Assembly: GCA_963849325.1 (NCBI GenBank) | Contig: CAWKHF010000009.1 | Location: forward strand, 192,001 to 256,000 | Source of the DNA: an uncultured Planctomycetota bacterium | GTDB taxonomy: Bacteria; Planctomycetota; Planctomycetia; Gemmatales; Gemmataceae | Direction: 5' to 3' | DNA: 64,000 nt | Shown: positions 1 through 11,305 of the stretch, piece after piece | How the letters are laid out: every line of letters begins with the position of its first letter | Numbering within the stretch: position 1 is the first letter of the stretch | Made by a program: the position numbers and the translations under genes | Notes under the pieces: generated by a model | What the model was told of the DNA's origin: nothing | Seen by the model: only the letters and a program-made list of their open reading frames with translations | Database searches by the model: none

Positions 1-295
1 CGTCTGGTTCGTGCGCCTGGCGCTGATAGGCCAGTACCGTGCGGACGAGGTGCCGGCACAGGCCGACGGCGGCGCAGGAACAGCGGCCGTCACCCACAAC
101 GGCGCCGGCCGGAATGCGGCACTCGACTCCGTCGGACCACTTCGCCGTCACTTCGCCTTCGGCCGATTCCATCAGCTCGACACGGCATTCGTTCGCCTCG
201 ATTTCGCGCTGGGCGCGCTTGACCGTGCCGCGGTTGGTCAGGGCGGCGAGATCGTCCAGCGACAGGACGAGCAGATCGTTACGGGCCATGCTCAT
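1..295 (-). CDS. yehQ: SWIM zinc-finger protein, YehQ-like (5' part; runs off the window start)
   Basis: Manual translation of the minus strand: [33 protein letters not shown]...GRCSCAAVGLCRHLVRTVLAYQRQ. It has the SWIM CxC..CxH motif and a YehQ-like N-terminus; the start overlaps the upstream stop (ATGA). Confidence 0.8.
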   Translation of the reverse strand, partial: MSMARNDLLVLSLDDLAALTNRGTVKRAQREIEANECRVELMESAEGEVTAKWSDGVECRIPAGAVVGDGRCSCAAVGLCRHLVRTVLAYQRQAHEPD

Positions 296-1430
296 CGCAC
301 CTTTTGGGCCACCCATTCAGCCAGCTCGCCCGGCGTCATCGCGCCAACGTGCGCCCCCAGGGCGACCATGCTGCTCGGCGGTGCCGCGATCGTAGTTCGG
401 CTCGGCCCGCTCGTCCAGCGCCGCCAGCCCCAGCAGCGTCACGCCGCTTTCGATCAGATGTTTCGTCACGGAAAACAGGCGTTCCAGCGGGGCGCCCTCG
501 TAGAAGTCCGTGATGAGGACGACGATCGTTCGCCGCGGGTTGTCCACCAAGCGCGAGGCGTAGGCCAGGGCGCCGCCGATGTCGGTGCCGCCGCCGAGCT
601 GCACCTTCATGATCGCCTCGACCGGATCGGCGCAGTGCTCGGTCACGTCCACGACGTTCGTATCGAACAGCACGAGGTGCGTGCGCAGGCTCTGGATGCC
701 GACGAAAATGGCGGCGGTGACGGCCGCATGGATAACGCTGTCCACCATGCTGCCGGACTCGTCCACGACGACGATCACCTGCCAGCGATCCGCCTGCCGC
801 CGCACGCGCGAATAAAAGTACGGCGTGCGGATGAACAGACGTTGGCTATCCGGATCGTAGTTAGCCAGGTTGCGGCGCAGGGTGGTGCGGGCGTCGAAGT
901 TCTTGGCCACCTTCAGGTGCGAGCGTCGCCGCCGGTCGGCGGCGCCGAGGAACACCGACCGCACCGGCCGAGCCAGCTTCTCCATCATCTGCTCGATCAC
1001 CTTGCGCACCAGCATGCGCGCCAGCGCCAGCACTTCCTGGTTCATCAGGTGCTTGGTGTGCAGGACGGCCTTGAGCAGCGTCGGGCTCGGCTGGGCGCGC
1101 GACAGCAGGTCGGGGTTGGTGACCAACTCCTGGATCTGGTAGCGCTCCAGGGCGTCCTTCTCGATGCGCTCGATGGTGCGGCGTGGGAAGAGCGTGTGGA
1201 CGGCGTTGATCCACTCCGGCACGTTCAGCTGCGAATCTTCCTGGCCGCCGCGCTGGCCGGCGGAGCCGCTGCGGACGGACGTTCCGGCGCGAACCGTACT
1301 CGCGGTTGTAGAGGAAGCCCAGCGCCTGATCGCGCTGCGCTTCGGCGCCTTCCAGCCCGCAGCCCAGTCCCTGCTCGGCGTCGCTGCCCAGCACCAGGCG
1401 CCAGCGGATCAGACCCTCACGCGGATTCAT
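292..1430 (-). CDS. yehP: VWA (CoxE-like) domain protein, YehP-like; split by probable indel errors (~1250, ~370)
   Basis: N-terminus LIRWRLVLG (ORF 861-1430); MIDAS motifs DESGSM, GGGTDIG and LITDFYEG (ORF 317-1222); the shifted frame restores [25 protein letters not shown]. Confidence 0.85.
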
Positions 1431-3792
1431 GAGCGTGTCCCTCGCACTCCGTATTTTTCCAGGGCGGCGAAAAGGCGAGCCTCGAAGGCCAGGGCGCGGG
1501 CGGCCGTGGCCGGGTCCACCGTCAGCGCCGCCAACTCGGGCACCTTCTCCAGTCCCAACGCCTCGCGCAGCGTCAGGGCCAGGTGATGCTTCTCGCGCGG
1601 CGTGAAGTAGGTGAACGCCAAACGCAGGGCCGGCAGCGCGGTCAGGAAATCGTCATCGCCATAGCTGCCGAGCAGGTCGTTGATGCCGAGCACGAGATCG
1701 CGCTGCCGCTGCACTTGCTCGCGGGCCAGGGCGAACAGTCCCGTCAGAAAGTCGCCGAGATGGTCGGGGTCGGCGAACTGGCGCAGGGCCGTCCGCACCT
1801 GGTCAGCGTCGGCGGCCCCCAGCGACCACTGGGCGCCGATCGCGCCGCCGCGCACCAGCGGTCGCTGCGCCCGATCCACGCCGATGCGAGCAAGTACCTG
1901 CACGAGTTCGGAACGATCCAGCTCCAGGGACCGCTCGCAGCGCTCGAAAGTCTCGCGCAGGCCGATCAGTCCTTCGCAGTAGCGGCGCGTCCTGGCCCGT
2001 CACCTGGCCCAGACCTTCCAGCAGCCACAGGCCGCGCTGATAGGTCTTCGACGAGCAAGGGCGCCGATCTCGCCGCGCCCCGCCGTCTCCAGCACCGCGT
2101 CATAACGGTACAGGTAGAGCAGGTGGCCCAGCGCTGCCGGTCACGGAGAAGAAACTGCCGTCGCCGTACGGACCAACTCTTTCAAGCGATCGAGTAAACC
2201 GCCAGCCAGTTCGGTCAACCCGGCCAGGGCCGCATCGAGCAGGAGCAGGGCGGCCTTGCCGGCGTCGCGCTCGATGCCGCCGGCCGCTTCCGTCAAGCGC
2301 GTCGCCGCCGCCTCGGCGAGCGACGGCCCGTACCGCGCCGACTCGATGCACCGCGCGTCGAAGTCGGGACTCCAGACGATGTGCCAGCGCTCCCACACGT
2401 TCGCCAGGTCGTCGCGCACGCTCAGGTCCGTGCCGCCGCTGCGTGCGTAGCCGCTGACGTCGAGCAGTCGCAGTCGATGCAGGACGCGGCTGCGCTGACG
2501 GTCGGCTGTCCTGGTGCGAGATCCAGCTCGACTTCGCGCGGCTGACTCCGCGCCTGCAGACTCGTGCGCCTCCAGCTGCGCCTGGATGTCGGCGGCCAGC
2601 GGCGGCAGCCTGGCGCCCTCGGCCAGCAGGCCGCGCTCCCCGCCGCGCAACACTTCATGCACGGCATCGAGCAGCGGATGCCGACCGCCGCGAGACATCT
2701 CCTCCTTGATGAGCGCGCCGATGACGCCGTCCACCAGATCGGTTCGCCACACCTCGGCATGACCGCGCAGGGCCGCCAGGCCGTGCGCCGTCGTCTCGGC
2801 GGCAATGAGGTCGGCGGCGCTGATCGCTTGCTTGCTCTCGCGCAGGCGCTGGGCCACCCGCTTGAGGAGCGTGTGGTGCGTGTCGGTCTTCCGCTTCTGC
2901 CGGTCGCGCCACACCTGCTGATAGAAGCCCGGATTGGGCATGCCGGCCTCGTAGCCCGTCAGGCTGTCAAGGCGCTCGAACGAGTAGGGCGTCAGCGCGA
3001 TGCCGCGTTCCTCGCCTGGGTCCGGCGGGACCGGGCAGCACTCGGCCGGCTCCGCCATGTCCGCCGGCCCCTGCCCCGTCAACCGCGCGTGCAGGGCGAT
3101 GCTGTGATATCCGCCTGTCACCACGAGGACGCGCCCCTCGTGTTCGTCCAGCATTTGCCGGATCCTCGACGGCCATGAACGCCTCACGGCGGCGATCCGT
3201 GGCGCTGCCGGCGCCTTCGAGCAAACGCATGTTGCCGCACAGGTGATGGCAGCGTTGCAGGTACGTTTCGATTCCCAGCTCCGCGTCCAGCTCGAAGAGC
3301 GTATCCCAGAGGGTGTTGAAGTCCTCGACGCCGAGACGTTTGCACAGCGCGGCGATGTAGCCGCTGCGGCGAAACTCGGCGTCGCTGTAGCGATTGTCGG
3401 GTTCGTCCTCCGCCGCGGCGATGTCGGCCCAGTGCAGGTCGATGAAGTACACGGCCGCCCCGATCGCGCGGGCGGCGAGCAGGGCTTGCCATTCCGGCGA
3501 GTGCTCGCAGAGGGGATAATACGCCCCGCGACGCTGGCCGGTCGGCAGGCGCAGATAACTGTAGATGGCCAGCGGCGGACGGTGCGGCAGGAACAACTCG
3601 TCGATGCGCTCGTTGAAGTCGGCCGGCCCCTCGATGAGGACGGCGGCCGGTCGCAGACGCAGGGTCAGCTCGCGCACCAGGCGCGCCGCCGTCGGGCTGT
3701 GGTGGCGCACGGGGAAGAAGACGACGCGGGCATCCAGGTCCAGCAGTGCGGCAGATCGTAGGTGTACATCGGTGTCCCGCCGCCGCGATCAC
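1427..3792 (-). CDS. yehM: DUF5682 / YehM-like protein; several probable indel errors
   Basis: Consecutive ORF pieces with [57 protein letters not shown] and [16 protein letters not shown]; lies between the MoxR and VWA genes with overlapping stop/start codons. Confidence 0.8.
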
Positions 3793-4931
3793 GGCAGATG
3801 TTCGCGCGCCTCGTAAAACGCCTTCCAGCCGCGGCCCTCGCGGCCCTTGACGACGTGGTTGAAGTAGTGCCGTACTTTCTTCAGATCGTCCGGCGCGTCC
3901 TTGAGCGCGGTGCCGATCAGGTGCTGTACCAGGTGCTCGGCCTTCACGGACCCGGCGTCATAGTACCAGGCGTGCAGGCCGGCCGCGTAGCCGGTCGAGA
4001 CGGCCTCGGCCGTGCTCATGGCCGTGGTCAGCGTCTCCAGGGCGTTGCCGTCGCCGGATTGTCCCGTGCGCAGCTCGTGGAACGTCGTGACCAGCACTTC
4101 GGTCATCTCGGGCGGCAGCGCCTGCGGGATGCCGGCGCGGGCCAGCAGCTTGTCCGTCTCGCGCTGCACCAGGGCCATCTCTTCTTGCAGGTCGGCGATG
4201 GGATGGACGGTCTCGAAGTTGAAGCGGCGTTTGAGGGCGGCGCTCATCTCGTTGACGCCGCGGTCGCGCGTGTTGGCGGTGGCGATGACGTTGAAGCCGG
4301 TGCGGGCGAAGAGAGTGCGGCCGTCGTCGTGCAGTTCCGGGATGGCCATGACGCGGTCGCTGAGGATGGACAGCAAAATGTCCTGCATCTCCAGCGGGCA
4401 GCGCGTCAGCTCCTCGAAGCGGACGATCTTGCCGTCCTTCATGCCGCGATAGAGCGGGGCCGGCACCAGCGAGCGCTCGCTCGGTCCTTCCGCCAGCAGC
4501 AGAGCGTAGTTCCACGAATACTTGATGGCGTCCTCGGTCGTGCCGGCGCTGCCCTGGATGGTAAGCGTCGAATCGCCGGCGACGGCCGCCGCCAGCAGTT
4601 CGCTCAGCCAGGATTTTGCGGTGCCCGGTTCGCCGATGAGCATGAGGCCGCGGTTCGTCGCCAGGGCCACGACGCAGCGCTCGACGAAGCTGCGTTTGCC
4701 GACGAACTTCGCCGCGATGTCGAGTGTGTCGTCGCCCAGCACGAAGCGCACAACCGACTGCGGCGACAGTTTCCAGCCTTTCGGTCGCGGATGGTCGGCA
4801 TCGGATTCGGCGAGCTTCACCAACTCGGCAGCGTACAGTACTTCCGCCGGCGGCCGTTGCAGATCGGCGGCGCCGTCCTCCAGCGGTTCGACGTTACTGG
4901 CCTCATCCATCTTGCTGCGCTTGCGGGCCAT
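3789..4931 (-). CDS. yehL: MoxR-family AAA+ ATPase, YehL subfamily
   Basis: [21 protein letters not shown], Walker [10 protein letters not shown], Walker [29 protein letters not shown]. Confidence 0.92.
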   Translation of the reverse strand: MARKRSKMDEASNVEPLEDGAADLQRPPAEVLYAAELVKLAESDADHPRPKGWKLSPQSVVRFVLGDDTLDIAAKFVGKRSFVERCVVALATNRGLMLIGEPGTAKSWLSELLAAAVAGDSTLTIQGSAGTTEDAIKYSWNYALLLAEGPSERSLVPAPLYRGMKDGKIVRFEELTRCPLEMQDILLSILSDRVMAIPELHDDGRTLFARTGFNVIATANTRDRGVNEMSAALKRRFNFETVHPIADLQEEMALVQRETDKLLARAGIPQALPPEMTEVLVTTFHELRTGQSGDGNALETLTTAMSTAEAVSTGYAAGLHAWYYDAGSVKAEHLVQHLIGTALKDAPDDLKKVRHYFNHVVKGREGRGWKAFYEAREHLP

Positions 4932-4957
4932 CGGGATCCTTTCGCGATGAGACGTCT

Positions 4958-5368
4958 TCAAGGTGTCTGCCAGTCTTCCAGGGGCAGGCCGATGACGCGG
5001 CTGAACTCGGCGGTGTTGTGCGTGACCAGTGTCAAACCGTGCGCGAAGGCGATGGCCGCGATCATCAAATCGTTGGGGCCGATGAGTGTGCCCTTGGCGG
5101 CGAGGTCGGCGCGGATTCGACCGTAATGCTCCACGCACGGATCGTCAAAGGGCACGGAAGAAAAACGCTGACGCAACTGCGCCAACAATCCGAGGTTGTA
5201 CGTTTGCATGGCGGGCGCACCGTGGATGGCGCCGAAGTACAGTTCGCCCAGTACCACCGAGCAGAGGCGGATATCCTTTGGATCGGTCTGCTGTATCTTC
5301 TGAATTAACGCGCGATCTTTCTGACGCAAGTAAGCGATCCAGGCGCTGGAATCGAGAAGATAGACCAT
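4958..5368 (-). CDS. vapC: VapC PIN-domain toxin
   Basis: [47 protein letters not shown]. Confidence 0.92.
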   Translation of the reverse strand: MVYLLDSSAWIAYLRQKDRALIQKIQQTDPKDIRLCSVVLGELYFGAIHGAPAMQTYNLGLLAQLRQRFSSVPFDDPCVEHYGRIRADLAAKGTLIGPNDLMIAAIAFAHGLTLVTHNTAEFSRVIGLPLEDWQTP

Positions 5369-5592
5369 TACAGCGGATCCCGTTCTTCGTACTCGCCCTG
5401 CGGCGGCCGTTCCAATTCACCCGCCCATTTCCCCGCCGTGTCCTCGATGAACTTTAACCATTCCTCTCGACTCATCGACGGCTGATCCGGCACGTCAACC
5501 GTCACGCGAACGACCTTGTTCGCGTTCTCCTTGCCCAGCGACAAGGTCAACATCCCATCGGCCCCAACCTGAACGGTCATACTCTGTGTCAT
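5368..5592 (-). CDS. Putative VapB-type antitoxin (74 aa)
   Basis: Small acidic protein coupled to vapC by a TAATG overlap; C-terminus GKWAGELERPPQGEYEERD is typical of such partners. Confidence 0.7.
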   Translation of the reverse strand: MTQSMTVQVGADGMLTLSLGKENANKVVRVTVDVPDQPSMSREEWLKFIEDTAGKWAGELERPPQGEYEERDPL

Positions 5593-5636
5593 GCTTCTTC
5601 TCCTTGAGAACCCGGCTTGGACTCATTGTACTTGAT

Positions 5637-7195
5637 TTACGTTCCCTTCGACGCCAGAACGGCCAGCGTGCCGAGCACTTCGCTGAGCACCACCGGATCG
5701 ACCTGGCCCAGCGACAACGCCTTGTCCACGCCCCAATCCGCATCGCGCAGGAAGTAGCGCTCTTGATCCGCAGGCTGTCACCGGAGCCGGCCGTGTGATC
5801 GAGGATGGCGGTGATCCGGTAGCCTTCATAGCTCTTGTAATGGCCGCCGAAGTACAGTCCCTCCTGCCAGCGACCATCCGTCCAGCCGTGCGACTTCAAG
5901 ATGCCAAGGAAAATCAAGGCCGGGATGTCTTTGCCGCTGAAGCGCGTCAGTTCGCGGGCCGCCTCTTCGCCCGGTTCCAGCGTGTGAACGCGCCGGCCCA
6001 ATTGCGGGAAGGGCGCGAGGATCTCGTAATCGCCGAGAACCTGGCCCCACGCCGCCCGGTCGTCCGGCGTCAGCTGCAACGGGTGCGCCACGCCGACGGC
6101 GCAGGCACCGTCCAGCGTGCAGGGATTGTCGTGCATGTCCGCGTAATCGCGCTCCTCGGTGACGCGAAAGGCACACACCAGCTTGCGGTCGGCGTTGTAA
6201 ACACCCCACAGGAGGCGGCGCACCAGGTTAATCATCAGCGGATGGCGTACCAACAGCGCCTCGAACTCAGGAACGCCCCAGCGTCGGCCGGAGATCATCG
6301 CCTGTTCGAGCCGATACGCCTGCGCCTTGACCGTCTCGCGCACCTGCTTTTTGAGCAACTTCCATGCGGCCACGGCGGCGCAGGCCTTGTCCGCATCGTC
6401 CTTCGCTCCCGGCTTGGGCAGATCGCTCTTGAGTTTGCCGGACTCGTCGCGGACCAACGGCTTGAGGTCGGGACCGAGCACGAAGGAAAACTGTCGCGGG
6501 CCAAAGTCGAACACCCGACCGCCGCGCTCGTCGAGGTCGAGATCGGGGACGATGCGGTCCTCCAGCTGCGTCCGGCTCAGACCGCGCGCCGTGGCGATGT
6601 CGTCCATGAAGGTGCGCGCACGGTTTTGCAGTCCCTTGAACTTGACCTTCTGGGCAATGCTGTTGAGCTGCATCAGGGCCGTGTCGGTGCCGATGGTGCG
6701 CAGACATTCCAGGCCGAGGACCGCCCGCTGATGCAGGCTTTCGCCGGGCCAGGCGCGGAGCCGCGGCGTCAATTTCAGGGCCGAGCCGTCGCCGCCGAGG
6801 AGTCCCAGGGCTACCAGCGCCCACTTGTCCCGTGATGGCGAACCGCCAGCCTGCCAGAGTTCAAACAATTCCCAGGCGAATGCATCCAGCACGGCGCGAT
6901 CGAGGTGGTGCGGGAGGGCCGTTACCAGCGGCTGCGGAGTGTCCAGCGTGCTCTTGCGCAGGGCGGACAGGACCGCTTGGACCTGGTAATCGTTGAGTTG
7001 ATGCGTGCCGATGGTCAGCGGCGGCAGCGCCGCGAGTCGCACCCAGTTGGGCAGGAGGGGGGGAAGCTGTTTCCGCATGTCGGCGAGGATGGTTCGCAGC
7101 CATCCCGGCGTCGTCACGTCGTCGAATGGAAAGCGGGCCGTGCCGGAGGGGGGCTGCGTATTGGTGTGCTCCACCGTGGTGACGAGCGCGCTCAT
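5637..7195 (-). CDS. DUF4132 domain protein (YehI/MolR-like), paralog 2, no WGR domain; indel near 5757
   Basis: FAWELFELW..SRDKWAL, WPGESLHQRAVLGLECL, LEDRIVPDLDLD, RLEQAMISGRRW, PFPQLGR; the shifted frame gives ...QVDPVVLSEVLGTLAVLASKGT*, matching the end of paralog 1. Confidence 0.85.
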
Positions 7196-7225
7196 GGTTC
7201 ACTCTCTGGGATCTGGTTGGGACGT

Positions 7226-10028
7226 TTACTTGCCCTTGGACGCCAGTGCGGTCAGATCCGCCAGCACTTCGCTGACGGCCAGCGGATCGATTTCCTTCAG
7301 GGGCAGGAGATTCTTGTGAGACGGATAGGACTCCGGAGTATACGTGCCCTGCAAGAAGAAGCAGCGCGTGATCTTCTGATCGCCACTGTCGTTCATCATG
7401 CCGAGCATGACGCCGTCCGCGTTCTCGAGGATCGCCGTCACGTCCGCGGCGGGGAACGGCTTGGAAAACTCCAGGATAACGCCGTGATTGTCGGCACTGC
7501 CGCGCGTCCAGCCGAGCTTCTCCATCGTGCCCATCAGCGCCGCCGCCGGGATCTTCACCTTGTCGAAGCGCTTGATTTCACTGCCCTTGGTCTCCTCGCG
7601 CTCGAGCGCGAAGACAGGCCGCCCGAGTTGCGGAAAGGGAGCGATGATCTCATAATCGCCGAGTACCTGGCCCCACACGGAACGGTCGTCCTCGCTCAGG
7701 TGCAGAGGGTGGACGATGCCGACCGCGGTCAAGCCATCCCGTTTGCAAGGACGGTCCTCCTTGTCCGCGTACTCCCACTCTTCGGTGACGCGGAAGGTAC
7801 ATGCCAGACCGCCCTTCCGGTCGTAGCCGCCCCAGACGAGGCGGCGCACCAGGTTCATCATCAGAGGATGACGGACAAGTAGTTGCTCAAATTCTTGTAT
7901 GTTCCAACGTCGCCCCGTGACCATCGCCTGTTCGAGACGAAACGCCTGTACCTTGAGGACGTCGCGCAGCTGTTTTTTCAGGATCTTCCAGTCGGCGAGG
8001 GCGGCGTGGGCCTTGTCCGTTTCATCCTTCGCTCCGGGTTTGGGCAGGTCGCTCTTGAGCTTGCTGGACTCCTCGCGCACCAGCGGCTTCAGATCGGCGT
8101 CGAGAACGATCGTGAAACGGCGCGGCCCGAAGTCGAAAACGCGCGTGCCGCGTTCGTCGAGGTCAAGGTCGGGCACGATGCGATCTTCGAGCTGGGCGCG
8201 ATTCATGCCACGATCCCTGGCGATCGCCTCCATGAATTCCTGGGCCTTCTTCTTCAACCCCTGGAACTTCAGCTTCTGGGCGATGCCGTTGAGTTGCATC
8301 AGCGCCGTATCGCTGCCGATGCTACGCAAACACTCCAGGCCCGTGACCGCCCGTTGATGCTGGCTCTCACCCGGCCAGGCGCGGAGCAGGGGAGTGAGTT
8401 GGAGAGCACAGCCGTCGCCGCCGAGATGGCCCACGGCGAGCAAGGCCCATTTCTCCTTCGAGGGAGCGCCTTCGTTCAACCACGACTCGAACAGTTTCCA
8501 GGCGAAGGCGTCGCGGGCCGGTGGATCGAGGTTGTCCTTGATGGCCGTCACCAGCGGGGCCGGCGCTCCCAGCGGACTTTGCCGCAGTGCCGTCAGAACG
8601 GCCTTGACCTGGTCCTCGTTCAACCGTCGTTCTCCGACGATCAACGGCGGCAGGGTCGCCGGTCGCACCCACGCGGGCACCGTCGCCGTCCCGGCGGTCT
8701 TCAGGGCGTCGCGCAACCATTTCGGCGTCGTGGCGTCGTCGAAAGCTTCGCGGACGATCTCCACGCGCTCCAGCACCTCGTGACGCACCTTGGCGACGGC
8801 CTCCGGAGCGGCCTGCTGGAGTTGTTCTTGGATGAAGTCCGCGTGCCCGGCCTGCTTCGCCTCGCGCAGGGAATCGAGGGCGGCGTCGGCGAGCTTGCCG
8901 CGCCCGACAGCCACCGGGATCAGACCGGCGATGGCGTTGCCGGGGTTCTCGTCGAGCCATTGCCGCGCCAATGTCGGAGCCTTGGAACTGGCTTTCAGCT
9001 CCAGCATGTACGGGGCCGCTTCCGGTGCCTGGACCAGGCAGAAAGATTCGAGCAGCTTGCGGGCCTCGTCTTTATTGGTCTGTGCCTGGATCGCGTCGCG
9101 CACGTAGTCGAGGCCGCTGAACTCGGTATGGGCCAGCCAGGCGCGGATGTGTTCCGGGCTGCGAAAGCGCAGCCGAAGACGCCGCACGTGGCGATCAACC
9201 CGTTGCGGAGTGCCCAGCCCGAAGATCATTTGCTGCGGCATGTGGTAGACATCTTGCCACTCCTGACCCTGGTAGAAATCGTCGGGCCAGCTCTCCACGA
9301 CGGCGAGCACCTCGTCGTGCATGCCGCACAGCGCGGCCAGGAAATAGACCATCGCCGGCCGTTTGTAATAGTCCCTCGGCCACAGCGAGGGATCCAGGTG
9401 AGGACGGAGCTGCTGCCGCAATTCTCGCCATAGGCGATCCGATAGGTAAGGGAATAGAAAACGAGCCATCCAGGAGACCATTTCCGTATGTGCCGTCCAT
9501 GACGCCTTTGCCAATGTGCCGCTCGTCGAGGACGGTGAGGAAATCCTCGGCGCGAATGTCCTCGCGGAGTAGTTGGATGGACATACTCGCCAGGATCGGA
9601 TGGCCGACAAGGAGAGGTTTCGGGTCCGGTCGCGGCAGGGGCCGGCGCGGCCGCCACGTCGCGCGGTGCCAGTCTTCCGGGTCCAGGGCGATCGTCCGCG
9701 TCATCACGGGAACCACGGCGGCTTGTAGCGGCGGCGGAGTCACCGTCTCGTCGGATGGCTTCTTCGGCTTGGCTTTGGTTTTCGCAGGCGAGGGAGGCGG
9801 CGCGGCGGTTGCGGGGGTGCCGACTTCGTTGTAGCCTTTTTTCGTTTTCTCGGCGATGAGTTTGTCGGCGGCCTGCCGGGCGGCGTCTTCGCTGGAGAAC
9901 TTTTTCGTCTGCTCCTGGCCGCGGCTGCCGATGCGGCCGAACTCGACGGTGAACTGTTTGCCTTCGACCGTGATGGCCCAGAACTTGTCCGACGAACCTT
10001 CGCGGAACTGGAACTCGCGGCGACTCAT
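7226..10028 (-). CDS. WGR domain + DUF4132 protein (MolR/YehI-like), paralog 1; indels around 9480-9610
   Basis: N-terminal WGR (EGSSDKFWAI..VEFGRIGSRGQ..KLIAEKTKKGYNE), Pro/Lys linker, then a DUF4132 core (WPGESQHQRAVTGLECL, LEDRIVPDLDLD, RLEQAMVTGRRW). Confidence 0.88.
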
Positions 10029-10116
10029 GGCTTCTCCCGGCTGGGATGGAGGAATGGCCCTCTCGTTGACGGAGCCATTCTGTCGCCTGGAATCGCCGAA
10101 GTCCAGCGTCGTAGCG

Positions 10117-11154
10117 TCACGATGCCGAGGACGCGATGCGGCCCTCCATCGGGCTGGACGCTTGCGCGTACAGCTTGCGCGGGATGCGGCCGGCCAGGAA
10201 GGCTAAGCGTCCAGCGGCGCAGGCGTGGCGCATGGCGTGGGCCATGCGCAGGGCGTCGCGGGCATGGGCGATGCCGGTGTTGAGCAGCACGCCGTCGCAG
10301 CCCAGCTCCATCGCCACCGCCACGTCGCTGGCCGTGCCCACGCCGGCATCAACGATTACCGGATAATCCGGATCGCCATCCTTCAAATATTCCAGAATGA
10401 TGCGGAGGTTGTTGGCGTTGAGGACGCCCTGGCCGCTGCCGATGGGACTGCCGGCCGGCATGACGCTGACGGCCCCCGCCGCCTTGAGGTGGCGGGCCAC
10501 GATCGGATCGTCACTGGTGTAGACCAGGACCTGAAAGCCCTCCTGGACGAGTTGTTCCGTCGCTTTCAACGTGGCGATCGGATCGGGCAGCAGCGTTTTG
10601 ACGTCGCCGAGGCACTCCAGTTTGACCCAGTCGGCCCCACGGTTGCCGAGGTTGGTTAACAGCTCGCGGGCCAGGCGAGCGTGGCGAACCGCGTCCTCGG
10701 CGCTGAAACAGCCGGCCGTGTTGGGCAGGATGGTGTAGCGCTTCAGGTCGAGGTAATCGAGGATGTTGCGGCCTTGCTTGTCCACCAAGCGCTCGCGGCG
10801 CACCGCCACCGTCGTCACCTCGCAACCGCTGGCCGCCAGGCAATCACGCATCAGCTCGTAACTGGCGTACTTGCCCGTGCCGGTGATGAGGCGGCTGTGG
10901 AAGGTGAACTTGCCGATGACGAGCGGTTTGTCGTCCGGCTCCGCGTCCGGGGCGCCGCCGCCGACGAGCGTAACGATCTCGATGTGGTCGGCCGGCGCCA
11001 GTGTCTGTTCCTCGTGCCGCACGGCCGGCACGACCTCGCCGTTGACCTCGACGGCGACCCGGCGACGGTCGTAGCCCAGACGTTGCAAAAGCTCGGCCAC
11101 CGTCAGGGATTCGGGAAGGGTGCGCGCCTCGCCGTTGACCGTGCATGTCAGCAT
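10117..11154 (-). CDS. thiG: ThiS-ThiG fusion (sulfur carrier + thiazole synthase)
   Basis: ThiS part ([26 protein letters not shown]) followed by ThiG ([44 protein letters not shown]). Confidence 0.95.
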   Translation of the reverse strand: MLTCTVNGEARTLPESLTVAELLQRLGYDRRRVAVEVNGEVVPAVRHEEQTLAPADHIEIVTLVGGGAPDAEPDDKPLVIGKFTFHSRLITGTGKYASYELMRDCLAASGCEVTTVAVRRERLVDKQGRNILDYLDLKRYTILPNTAGCFSAEDAVRHARLARELLTNLGNRGADWVKLECLGDVKTLLPDPIATLKATEQLVQEGFQVLVYTSDDPIVARHLKAAGAVSVMPAGSPIGSGQGVLNANNLRIILEYLKDGDPDYPVIVDAGVGTASDVAVAMELGCDGVLLNTGIAHARDALRMAHAMRHACAAGRLAFLAGRIPRKLYAQASSPMEGRIASSAS

Positions 11155-11231
11155 GTGCCGTCTCTCCTCTCCGCGTTGGCCGTTTGCTCGATAGGCGCCT
11201 ACGTTATCACTATACACACTACGCCGCGTGT

Positions 11232-11270
11232 CGTTTAGCCGCGCGCTCCGCTGCGCGTCGCGGCGAAACG
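11232..11270. repeat. Internally deleted copy of the 31914-31978 palindromic element
   Basis: cgtttagccgcg joined directly to cgctccgctgcgcgtcgcggcgaaacg: the left end plus the right arm of the 31.9 kb palindrome. Confidence 0.75.
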
Positions 11271-11305
11271 GAAGGCGGATCGGATCGGTGAATCGAAGGT
11301 ATCCC

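Noticed and set aside
11155-11305. TPP riboswitch upstream of thiS-thiG
   Set aside because: No recognisable conserved TPP aptamer motifs on the coding strand.
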